A stretch of DNA of 64,000 nt from Squalus acanthias (lineage: Eukaryota): contig JASTWF010000033.1 in assembly GCA_030390025.1 (NCBI GenBank), forward strand, positions 2,916,001 to 2,980,000, written 5' to 3'. The number at the start of each line of letters is the position of its first letter. Within the stretch, counting starts at the first letter, position 1. The notes under the pieces are model-generated. The model worked only from the letters and a program-made list of their open reading frames with translations, had not been told where the DNA came from and made no database searches. Positions 49,095-60,348 of the stretch are shown in pieces. A program made the translations under genes and the position numbers.

Positions 49095-50058
49095 AATAAC
49101 CTCCTCCTGTTCCTATATAACAGGCTCGAGGGGCTGAATGACCGCCTCCTGTTCCTGTGTAACAGGCTCGATGGCCTGAATGATCGCCTCCTGTTCCTAT
49201 GTAACAGGCTCGAGGGGCTGAATGACCGCCTCCTGTTCCTATGTAACAGGCTCGAGGGGCTGAATGGGCCTCTTCCTGTTCCTATATAACAGGCTCGATG
49301 GCCTGAATGATCACCTCCTGTTCCTATGTAACAGGCTCGAGGGGCTGAATGGCCTCCTCCTGTTCCTATGTAACATGCTCGAGGGGCTGAATGGCCTCCT
49401 CCTGTTCCTATATAATAGGCTCGATGGCCTTTTGACTTCCTCCTGTTCCTATGTAAGAGCTTCGATGGCCTGAATGCCCGCCACCTGTTGTTATGTAACA
49501 GGCTTAATGGACTGAATGGCCTACTCCCTTTTCTATATACCTGTCTTTAGGGTCTTCATGAACTACTTATTATCCTACGTAGCAGGCTTGTGGGGTTTAA
49601 TGGCTTTGTCCGATGTAACAACCTCGAGGGGTTTAATGGCCTACTCCTGTGCCTATGTAACTCGCTCAAGATTCTGAATTGCCTATTTCATTACGTATAT
49701 AACAGGTTTGAGGGACTGAATGTCCAATCAATTTTCATATGTAACAGGTTCGATGGGTTGAATGGCCTACTCCTGTTTCTAAGTAACAGACTCGATGAAA
49801 TGACTACCCTACCCCTGTTCATATGTAGCAGGCTAGAGCGGCTGAATGGCCTAAAAATATTCCAAGAATGATTCCAGGGATGAAAATTTCTCTACAACAG
49901 GATCGATGGATTCAATGGTCTACAAATATTCCGGTTCAGCAGGCTCGAGGGGTTGAATGGTCTACTCCAGTTCCTGTGTAGCAGGCTCGAGGAGCTAAAT
50001 GGCTTTCTTCTGTTCCTATATAACAAGCTCGAGACGCTGAACGGCCTACCCTTGTTCA
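49095..50058 (+). repeat. 42-bp tandem array, consensus AACAGGCTCGAGGGGCTGAATGGCCTCCTCCTGTTCCTATGT
   Basis: About 23 units matching the CR1 3'-terminal hairpin. Confidence 0.92.
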
Positions 50059-52140
50059 TAGAATCATAGAACAACAGAACGGTCACAGCACGGAAGAAGG
50101 CCATTCAGCCCGTCGAGCCCGTGCCGGCTCTCTGCAAGAGCAGCTCATCTAGTCCTACTCCCCCGCCCTTTCCTCGTAGCCCGGCAAATGTTTCTTTTGC
50201 TTTCAGGTACTTATCCAACTCCCATTTGGAAAGCCGTGATTGAGTCTGCCTCCACCATACTTTCAGGCAGTGCATTCCAGATCCTAGCCAGTCGCTGCGT
50301 AAAAAAGTTTTCCTCATGTCGCTGTAGGGGGTGGTGGTGTGTGTCAGCTTCACCTCTGACTTCTGAGCAGTTCGAATCGCTCCATTACCCTTGGTTCTAG
50401 ACCTTGGACTTATTTGGGGGTTGTGACAAAAAGAGTTTTGGTGCAAGAACTTTTGATTTTTATTCAAGAGGGTAAAATACAACACAACAATTTTAACACT
50501 CTAATAAAATGGGGGAACACTTCGGTACATACGAGGGAAATTACATTAGAAGAATAACTAACCCCTCCCAATCCCACTTTACCAGCTAAAGTGGACTCTA
50601 GAGGACCAGGGATGATACTCACCAAACTTATCCTTGACAGTTGAGCTGGTTCGCGGTTTTGGGGTTCGCTGTATATGTTGGTTGGTGTCTGCTGTACCCC
50701 GGACGCGGTAGAGGACTTCAGCTGCGTAGCTGGTCAGTCTTCGCGAGTCCGCTGATGCGGTAGGGTACGTATTGGATCTATCAGGTGAGTACCCACTTTT
50801 CTTTGGTTAGAGGTAGGGTTTAGAGTCTTTTGGGTAAAATCTTACCATGGGGTAAGTCAGGAACAGATTGTAGAGTGGAAACTTTGCCGATCTTCGGTTT
50901 TTCTCCGAGTTGGTTTTCTTTGGTCGCAGTGGCCCAATATTGGTGGTAATGTTCGGTTGGTTGTTTCATGAGGCCCTTGTTGCCGCGAGGTGTCCGATGG
51001 TCACTGAGGCGGTCGCTCTGGTTTCTTCCACTTGTCGGCCTACTTCTGGAGCTATTGGCCTCCTTTGTTGAATGATCTTGTTTTCCAGCTGTCGACCTGT
51101 TGGCTAGACACGTAACGTTGAACGGTGGTACTGGAGAACTATGTTGCGGTGAATGCGCCCATGAAAGCTTCTTTCGGTTAAGAACGGGCCTTCAATTATA
51201 CTAATTGAAGCTTCCTTATCTGCGCGCCAAATCAAATCCCGGTCGTTGTAAGATTTTGGCGGGCTCGTCAATAGTAACTTGCTTGTTAACGTGTGAAGTA
51301 GTTTCAGGATGGCTCCATCCTGTCGATCTGCTGCTTGATTGTAATTGGTTGTTCTCAGGTTTTGAGTTTCTTGACTGGGCCTGGGATTTCTATAGAGTGG
51401 GACTCGGTGATCTATTTTATGCATGTTTTGATGGGTCCTGTAATTTGGGTGGAAACTGCTCTTCCTCGGGTTTATTGTTAGGATGTTAATGTCTGATGGG
51501 GGCCGATTAACTCGAAGTGAGGTCATGCGGTTCCCCAAACAGTTTGCATTAACTCCAATATCCAATATCCAAACTGTTAACCCAACTTCCTTTACAACCT
51601 TTTCTCCCTTCCAAGTCCAGACATATCTTTCAAAATACCAAGTCTTGTTTTTTCCTCTAAAATGTCCTTCGGTTAGGCCCAATGCACTTCACCAGCCTGA
51701 AATAGTTAGAAAAGCGTCCAAAGTCCTTTTCCTTAGGGTTTGTCTTCGAGTTTTGGGGGATCTGTGAATTTTGAGAATCTTACAGTATCTTCGCTTATTT
51801 TGCCAATCACCTTAACGCTGTGCCCTCTGGTCTCGACCCTTCTGCCAATGGAAACAGTTTGACTCTCTCTACTCTGTCAAGACCCTTCATGATTTTCAAC
51901 ATCTCTATCAAATTTCCTCTCAAACTTCTCTGCTCTAAGGAGAACAACCCCAGCTTTCCAGTCTATCCACGTAAATGAAGTCCCTAATCCCTGGAATTAT
52001 TCTCGTAATATTGTTCTGCATCCTCTCAAGGGCCTTCACATCCTTCCGAAAGAGTGGTGACCAAAACTGGACGCAATATTCCAGTTGTGGCCTAACCAGC
52101 GCTTTATAAAGGTTCAGCATAATTTCTCTACTGTTGTACG
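50059..52140 (-). mobile_element. CR1 3' fragment split by an LTR-like insert (50059-50322 and ~51791-52140)
   Basis: YKALVRPQLEYCVQFWSP on the minus strand. 3' end near 50060-50130. Confidence 0.85.
50323..51784 (-). mobile_element. Solo LTR-like insertion (1462 bp)
   Basis: TGTA..TACA termini, interrupts a CR1, minus-strand AATAAA at 50459-50464. Layout resembles 6840-8507. The TSD is irregular. Confidence 0.6.
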
Positions 52141-52917
52141 CACGGATGAGGGAAGATCGGGCCCGATAGGAGGAAAGGAAGAGCAAGAGTAAAATTAGTA
52201 TTGCAGCAGGTGGGAGGGGAGGGGGAATGAATAATGGGTTAGGGGAGAGTTAGGGTGGAGGAAGGTTGTAGAGTTGGAAACAGTTACAGATGCGGGGGGA
52301 CATTCAGCCATGTAACAGCTGGGTGGGAAAGTGCATCTGATAATGGAAGACACTACAGAATCTGACATAGAGCTGATAGGAATGGAAACACGGGGAGAAA
52401 CAGATATGGAACCGGTGGGGGAGGGAAGCAAACATTAAAGACCGGGCACAGCACAGGTGGGGGAAGCAGACAGGTAAAAGGCAGGGGTTTCAGACACGGA
52501 GCAGGGGGGAGCTGTAAACAGACTGGGAGCGGCAGCACAGAGAAGCAGGAAGGGGAATGAGACACGGAGCAGTCGCAAGAGCTAGCCTGAACTTTTAATA
52601 TTTATATTAAAAACAAATACTAATTAGATTATCAAATAATGTTCAGAGTTTCCCAGTCTCATAGTTAATTGAATCCGTTCCCAATCTGTTAAAATAAAGA
52701 ATATATGAAAATGTGCAATTAAATCGCGATCACTAAAAGTTAACAGGCCGGTGAAGTGATTTTCACTTGTTTACCGCACAAATTTAAAGATTCAGTTCCA
52801 GTTATTGAAACCCGGAGCCAGATCAAGGCCGAGACTGTTACTCATTAACTAGAGGGTATTAGCTGGAGATTATTATCAGCGAACGTTATCACTTGCCGTT
52901 TCTGTCCGATAATAAAG

Positions 52918-53060
52918 AGAGAAGTCGCACAACACCAGGTTATAGTCCAACAGCTTTATTTGAAATCACAAGCTTTCGGAGCGCTGCTCCTTCGTCAGGT
53001 GAAGTGAAGAAATACATATGGGCACAGCATAAATAGTCAGAGAAAAATGCCAGACGACTA
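52918..53060 (-). mobile_element. Short pLTR fragment of a second PLE-type family
   Basis: Hammerhead motif followed on the minus strand by AATAAAGCTGTTGGACTATAACCTGGTG. Confidence 0.6.
52966..53002 (-). ncRNA. Minimal type I hammerhead ribozyme motif
   Basis: Reverse complement reads TCAC-CTGACGA-A-GGAGC-AGC-GCTCC-GAAAGCTT-GTGA, with perfect helices I and II and palindromic AGCT. Confidence 0.8.
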
Positions 53061-53442
53061 CAGTTAATCTTTCTAACTGCCCTTATAATAAATAAGTTTT
53101 ATGGTGAATAATGAAATCTAATTGAAGATCAGAAACTGATTCCCGCTACAGGACACGGTTTGACTGCGGGGTCTTCTGAACCGCAGATGGAAGAGCTGTG
53201 GGGATGTGGTCATTGTTACCACACAGAGGATTAATGACTCTGGGGCAAAGGTCAGCAATTTATCAGAACAATTCAAGCTGAATGAGCCCGTGTGTGATTC
53301 TGATCGAGCCCTGCTCCAGAGAACAGGGCGGGGGGAGGGATTGTACTGATCAGGCTGAAGGTGGTGTTTATAACTGTGAGGTGTAACTGATCTTTACCCA
53401 GGGTGTGTTCATTAACCCGCAGAACTCACAGCACCAACTTAC

Positions 53443-53520
53443 CCGGACTCTCTGGAACCAGAATAAGGAGCAGCAGCACAAGATAAGGACCCGGAATATA
53501 CTGAGGACCATTATTGTCAT
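53443..53520 (-). CDS. Candidate signal-peptide/leader exon
   Basis: ATG..MTIMVLSIFRVLILCCCSLFWFQRVR, followed by a consensus donor GG|GTAAGT, in non-repeat DNA. Confidence 0.3.
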
Positions 53521-53764
53521 TTAATTTACAGAAATTAATATTTATTTGTGCAGTAGTTCAAAGATACTGGCAAGTTAACATAACAATAAAGGACAAGTAA
53601 CAAAATATTTTTTTTCAGAAATAGATTTATTGGGAGTTGCGTCATTTAACGGAATTAAACTTCCAAATACAACTTCACACTCGAACATTCTGCTGCTGTA
53701 AATAATATTCCAGTTTATATATCGTTTATTACACGTTTCGGAACAAAGAGTAAGGGGTCGCTAT

Positions 53765-54358
53765 CATAGAGTCATCCAGCAGAGAAGGGGGCCATTCGGC
53801 CTATCGAGCCTGGACCGGCACTTTGAAAGAACAATCCAATTAGTCCCACACCCCCGGTCTTCCCCCTGAGCCCCACATTTTCTGCCCTTCAAGTATTTAT
53901 CCAATTCCCTTTTAAAAGTTGCTATTGCTTCTGCTTCTACCCTTTCAGGCAGCGTATCCCAGATCATAATTACTTGATACCTAAAAACATCTCTCCTCAT
54001 CTCACCTCTAGCTCTTTTGCCAATTATATTAAATCTGTGTCCTCTGTTTACCGACCCTTCTGCCAGTGGAAACAGTTTCTCCTCTTTTACTCCGTCAAAA
54101 AAGCTTCATAATTTTTAACACCTCTATTAAATTTCCCCTCAAACCTCTCTGCTTCAAGGAGAACGATTCCAGCTCCTCTGGGCTCTCCCTGAAACTGAAG
54201 TTCCTCATCCTTGTTACCATTTCAGTAAATGTCCTCTGCATCCTCTCCAAGGCCTTGACAGCCTTCTTCAAGTGCGGCGATAGAATTGGATACAATACAC
54301 CAGCTGACGCCAGTGACTGATGAAGGTTGAGCCTAACTCCCTTGATTTTGCACTCTCT
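53765..54358 (-). mobile_element. Old CR1 3' fragment
   Basis: ALERMQRTFT..RGLRGNLIEV on the minus strand. Confidence 0.8.
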
Positions 54359-54359
54359 G

Positions 54360-55195
54360 GGCAAAACTCTGGCAGATGGAGATCAAAGTGGGAAAGTGTG
54401 AGCTCATTCACTTTGGACCTGGAAAAGAGAGATCAGAGTATTTTCTAAATGGTGAGAAGCTCGGAACTGTAGATGACTCGAGAGAGTTAGGGCTCCGAGT
54501 ACGGCAATCACTAAATGATAGTCAATCGGTGCAAAAAATAAGTCAACAGTGAAATGGAATGTTGGGCTTTATCTCGTGGGCTGGAATACAAACAGCGAGA
54601 AGTTCTGCTGCACCTGTACAGAGCTCTGGTTAGACCCCATTGTGATTTCGGTGTCAAGTTCTGGGCACTGGAGCTCAGGAAGGATATAATGGCCTTGCAG
54701 AAGTTGCAGCTGAGATTCACCATAATGACACAAGGGCTAAAATTATTAAGTTATGAGGACTGAATGCATAGACAACTTTTGTATTCCCTTGTGTATATAC
54801 ACGATTAAGGTGGAATAAATTGAGGTGCTTAAGATAATCAAAGGAATTGATAGGATTGAAAGAGACAATCTATTTCCTCTGGTGCAGGAATCCAGAAGAA
54901 TGGGGTTAACCTCAAAGCACAGCTAAGCCGTTCAGGGATGATGTTAGAAAGCATTTCTTCACACAAATGGTAGTGGAAATCTGGAACACTCGCCCTCAAA
55001 AATCTGTTGAGGTTTCGGTCAATTGAAAATTTCAAAACTGAGATTGATAGATTGTTAGGGAAGGGTATTTAGGATTACGGAACCAAGGTGGGTAGATGGA
55101 GTTGAGATACAGATCCACCATGAGCTAATTGAATGTCAGAACAGGCTCCAGGAGATGAATGGCCTACTCCTGTTCCTGGGTTCCTATATTCCTCT
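54360..55195 (+). mobile_element. Old CR1 3' fragment
   Basis: GLEYKQREVLLHLYRALVRPH and a degenerate hairpin at ~55110-55190. Confidence 0.8.
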
Positions 55196-55595
55196 GCTTC
55201 TATTTAACAAGCACAAAACCCTGAATACTTTCTGAAAAACTAGTCCTGCCACCTTTAAAGATTTATGTACGTATACCCTTCTGTTTTACTGTGCCTGCAC
55301 CCACTATAAAATTGTACCATATAGTTTATATAGCATCTCCCAATTCTTTTTTCCAAAATGCATCGATTCACACTTCTCTGCGTTACATTTCATCTCCCAT
55401 GTGTCTGCGTATTGCACTAGTCTGTCTCTGTCCTCCTGAATTCTAATACTAACCTCCTCAATATTTACCACTTTTATGATTTTCTTGTCATCTTCAAGCT
55501 TTGAAATTATGCACTGTATACCCAAGTCCAAGTGATTAATATATATACCGACCCCTGGGGTCACAAGTGCACACTTCTCTCCAGTGAGAAAAACA
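55195..55595 (-). mobile_element. Old CR1 RT fragment
   Basis: IYINHLDLG..ISKLEDD..WEMKCNAEKC on the minus strand. Confidence 0.7.
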
Positions 55596-56321
55596 TTGGC
55601 CCTGAATTTCCGATCAGAGGCTTCCTGCGGGAAGATGCCTTTGATCGGACAAAAATCTACAAACCTACCTGCTGGTCCCATCGATCCCGAGGCTTCTGAT
55701 CCTGGCACACGTTCGCACAGGCATCTTCCACCCTTTCAAATGAACTTCGGGACCTGGAACGTCAGGACCCTCATGGCTCGCATTGGACTCATCAGTCACC
55801 TTGAGAACTCATTTTTAATGTGGAAGCAAGTCATCCTCGGTTCCGAGGGACTGCCTAAGAAGAGAAGACTCTCCTGTTGGAAATGCGCAGAGGCCCAGGT
55901 ATCCCAGGGGCGCATGCGGTTTGCAAGCATCCCTGGGATCACGTGGGCAGGTGAACCAATCAAAGAAGGGAATCCCATTCATCCTTTTGAGAGTTCTGTA
56001 CGCACAGAACTGTCAAAACTATGAATCGTGATCACAGTTAAAAACAGATTAAAACATTAAATACATTTTTAAAAATACATTACTTAATTAAAATTAATTC
56101 AAATTCAATTTAATTAAATATTTATTACAAACATTTTATTTTTTTGAAAAAAAAATTTCTTTACGGGGCTGAAAATAAACTTCCCTTTTTGAAGAGTATT
56201 TTAAATTTATAAATGAGTTATCAAATTGAATTTTTCTATTCTTCAACACACTTAAGCTGGTAAAATCAGGCCTTAATTCATCAAACACTCAATCAGAACA
56301 CTCTTCAGAAATTCTTCCCCT

Positions 56322-59300
56322 TCCTATGTCCCTGACGACCATGTGTGCGGGAAGTGTATCCAGCTGCATCTACTGACAGACCGCATTGCGGCGCTGGAGC
56401 TGCGGCTGGATGCATATTGGAGCATTCGCGATGCTGAGAACCTCGTGGATAGCACGTTTAGAGAGTTGGTCACACCGCAGGTGAAGGGTTTACAGGCAGG
56501 AAGGGAATGGGTGACCACCAGGCAGAGTAGGAGGTGCAGACAGGTAGTGCAGGGGACCCCTGTGGCCATCCCCCTCTCAAACAGATATACCGCTTTAGAG
56601 ACTGTTGGGGGTGATGGACTTAGCAGGGGAAGGCAGCAGCAGCCAACTTCCTGGCACCATGGGCGGCTCTGCTGCACAGGCTGGGAGGAAAAAGAGTGGA
56701 AGAGCTATAGTGATAGGTGACTCAATTGTAAGGGGAATAGATAGGCGTTTCTGTGGCCGCAAACGAAACTCCAGGATGGTGTGTTGCCTCCCTGGTGCAA
56801 GGGTCAAGGACGTCTCGGAGCGGCTACAGAACATTTTGGAGGGGGAGGGCGAACAGCGAGCTGTCGTGGTGCACATAGGCACCAACGATATAGGTAAAAA
56901 ACGGGATTAGGTCATAAAAGCAGAATATAGGGAGTTAGGAGGTAAATTAAAAAATAGGACCTCAAAGGTAGTAATCTCAGGATTGCTACCAGTGCCACGT
57001 GCTAGTCAGAGTAGATATAGGAGGATATTTCAAATGAATAAGTGGATAGAGGAATGGAGAAAGGGGGAGGGATTCAAATTCCTGGGACATTGTAACCGGT
57101 TCTGGGGGAGGTGGGACCAGTACAAACCGGACGGTCTGCACCTGGACAGGGCCGGGACCGCTGTCCTAGGGGGAGTGTTTGCTAGTGCTTTTGGGGAGGA
57201 TTTAAACTAATGTGGCAGGGGGTTGTGAACCTGAGCAGGGACACAGAGGAAAGCATGTCAGGAAGGGACAGAAGGTATGGAGTAAAAGGTAAAGTGTTAA
57301 ATAAGGAAAAAGCAGGAAGTAAGTGTCACAAAACAAATTTGAAAGTTCTTTATCTGAATGCACGTAGCATTCGTAACAAAATGGACGAGTTAACAGCACA
57401 AAAAACTATGTATGGGTATGATCTTGTGGCCATTACAGAAACATGGCTGCAGGGTGACAACGTCTGGGAAAGAAATATGCCAGGGTATTTATCAATCAGG
57501 AGGGACAGGCAGGAAGGAAGGGGAGGGGGGGGGGGTGGCTATGTTAATAAAGGAAGGAATCAGTGTAATACAGAGAAATTATATTGGGTAAAAAGATCAG
57601 GATAATGAAACAGTTTGGGTAGAGATAAGGAATAATAAGGGGAAAAATAAACTGGTGGGCGTAGTATATAGGCCTCTTAATTGTTGCAACTCTGTTGGAA
57701 GAAGTATTAATCAGGAAATAGTTGGGGCATGTAATAAGGGAACAGCTATAATTATGGGGAATTTTAACTATCATATTAACTGGACAAATCAATTTGGGCA
57801 GGGCAGCCTTGAAGAGTTTATTGAGTGTCTTAGGGATGGATTTCTTGAGCAATATGTAACTGATCCTACAAGGGGGCAAGCAACCTTGGACCTGGTCCTG
57901 TGTAATGAGTCAGGATTAATTAATAATGTCCTAGTTAAGGATCCCCTTGGAATGAGTGACCATAACAGGGTTGAATTCCATATCCAATTAGAGGGTGAGA
58001 AGGTTGGTTCTCAAACAAGCCTACTGAGATTGAATAAAGGAGACTATGATGGTATGAGAGCAAAATTGATTAAAGTGGACTGGGAAAATAGATTAAAGGG
58101 TAAGAGGGTACATTGGCAGTGGTGTTCATTCAAGGAGTTATTTTACAACTTTCAAAATAAATATATTCCACTGAGGAAAAAAGGGTGTAAAAGAAATGAC
58201 AGCCATCCCATGGCTAAGTAAAGAAATTAAAGAAAGTATCCAACTAAAAACAAGGACATATAAGGTAGCCAAAGTTAGTGGGAGGATAGAAGATTGGGAA
58301 GTCTTCAAAAGACAACAAAAAGTAACTAAAGGATTGATTAAGAAAGGGAAAATAGACTATGTAAGTAAATTAGCAAAAAATATAAAAACAGACAGCAAGA
58401 GTTTCTATAGTTATATAAAATGAAAAAGGGTGGTTAAGGCAAACGTAGGTCCCTTAGAGGATGAGATCGGGAAATTAATGGTGGGAAACATGGAGATGGC
58501 AAAAATGCTGAACAAATATATTGTTTCAGTCTTTACGGTAGAGGACACTAAGAATATCCCAACACTGGACAAACAGGAGGCTCTAGTGGGGGAGGAGCTA
58601 AATACGATTAAAATCACTAAGGAATTGATACTCAGTAAAATAATGGGACTCAAGATGGATAAATCCCCTGGACCGGATGGCTTATATCCTAGGGTCTTGA
58701 GGGAAGTGGCAGCAGGAATTGTGGATGCTTTGGTAATAATTTTCCAAAACTCCCTGAACTCAGCAAAGGTCCCGGCAGATTGGAAAACTGCCTTATTTAA
58801 AAACTGTTGTAGGCAGAAGGCTGAAAATTATAGACCAGTAAGCCTAACATCTGTGGTGGGTAAAATTTTGGAGTCTATTATTAAGGAGACAGTAACGGAA
58901 CATTTAGATAAACATAATTTAATAGGACAAAGTCAGCATGGCTTTATGAATGGGAAGTCATGTCTGACAAATTTGCTTGAGTTCTTTGAGGACATAACGT
59001 ACAGGGTGGATAAAGGGGAACCAGTGGATGTAGTGCATTTAGACTTCCAGAAGGCATTCGACAAGGTGCCACATACAAGATTATTACTCAAAATAAAATA
59101 CACTGGATTGGGGGTAATATTCTGGCATGGGTGGAGGATTGGTTATCTAACAGGAAGCAGAGAGTTGGGATAAATTGTTCATTCTCGGACTGGCAACCAG
59201 TTGCCAGTGGTGTTCCGCAGGGTTCGGTGCTGGGTCCCCAACTCTTTACAATCTATATTAACGATTTGGAGTAGGGGACCGAGTGTAACATATCAAAGTT

Positions 59301-60348
59301 TGCAGATGATACAAAGATGGGAGGGAAATTAGAGAGTGAGGAGCACATAAAAAACCTACAAGGGGATATAGACAGGCTGGGTGAGTGGGCAGAGATTTGG
59401 CAGATGCAATACAATATTGGAAAATCTGAGGTTATACACATTGGCAGGAAAAATCAGAGAGCAAGTCCTTATCTTAATGGCGAGAAACTGGAAAGTACTG
59501 CAGTACAAAGGGATCTGGGGGTCTTGGTGCAAGAAAATCAAAAAGTGAGTCTGCAGGTGCAGCAGGTGATCAAGAAAGCCAATGGAATGTTGGCTTTTAT
59601 TGCTAGGGGATAGAATATAAAAACAGGGAGGTATTGCTGCAGTTGTATTGTATAGGGTATTGGTGAGACCGCACCTCTAGTACTGCATACAGTTTTGGTG
59701 TCCATACTTAAGAAAAGACATACTTGCTCTCGAGGCAGTACAAAGAAGGTTCACTCGGTTAATTCCTGGGATGAGGGGGTGTACATACGAGGAGAGGTTG
59801 AGTAGATTGGGACTCTACTCATTGGAGTTCAGAAGAATGAGAGGCGATCTTATTGAAACATATAAGATTGTGAAGGGGCTTGATCGGGTGGACGCGGTTA
59901 GCATGTTCCCAATGATGGGTGAAACTAGAATGAGGGGACATAATCTTAGAATAAGGGGCTGCTTTTTCAAAACTGAGATGAGGAGAAACTTCTTCACTCA
60001 GAGGGTAGTGGGTCTGTGGAATTTGCTACCCCAGGAAGCTGTGGAAGCTACTTCATTAAATAAATTTAAAACAGAAATAGACCATTTCCTAGAAGTAAAG
60101 GGAATTAGGGGTTACGGGGAGCGAGCTGGAAATTGGACATGAGTTTGAGTTCGGATCGGTCAAGGCCCTGTGGGTGGCGGAGCGGGTCCAGGGGCCGAGT
60201 GGCCTGGTCCTGCTCCTGCTTCTTGTGTTCTTTAGAGTTGAGGTTGGATGAGATCAGCCATGATCTCATTGAATGGCGGAGCAGGCTCGAGGGGACTATT
60301 GGTCTACTCCTGCTCCTATTTCTTATGTTATGTTCTTATGTTCTTATG
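56322..60348 (+). mobile_element. Near full-length CR1 LINE (ORF1 5'-truncated, ORF2 disrupted)
   Basis: ORF1 CGKC..GDSIVR..VHIGTND..DGLH, APE and RT motifs, double 3' hairpin, (TTCTTATG)n tail. Confidence 0.93.

Noticed and set aside
49095..50058. CRISPR array or leucine-rich-repeat protein (NRLEGLNGLLLFLC)n
   Set aside because: There are no unique spacers, the context is eukaryotic, and the unit derives from the CR1 3' hairpin.
51104..51682. 192-aa minus-strand ORF inside the LTR-like insert as an accessory gene
   Set aside because: It has a non-ATG start and no recognisable motif, so it cannot be supported without homologues.
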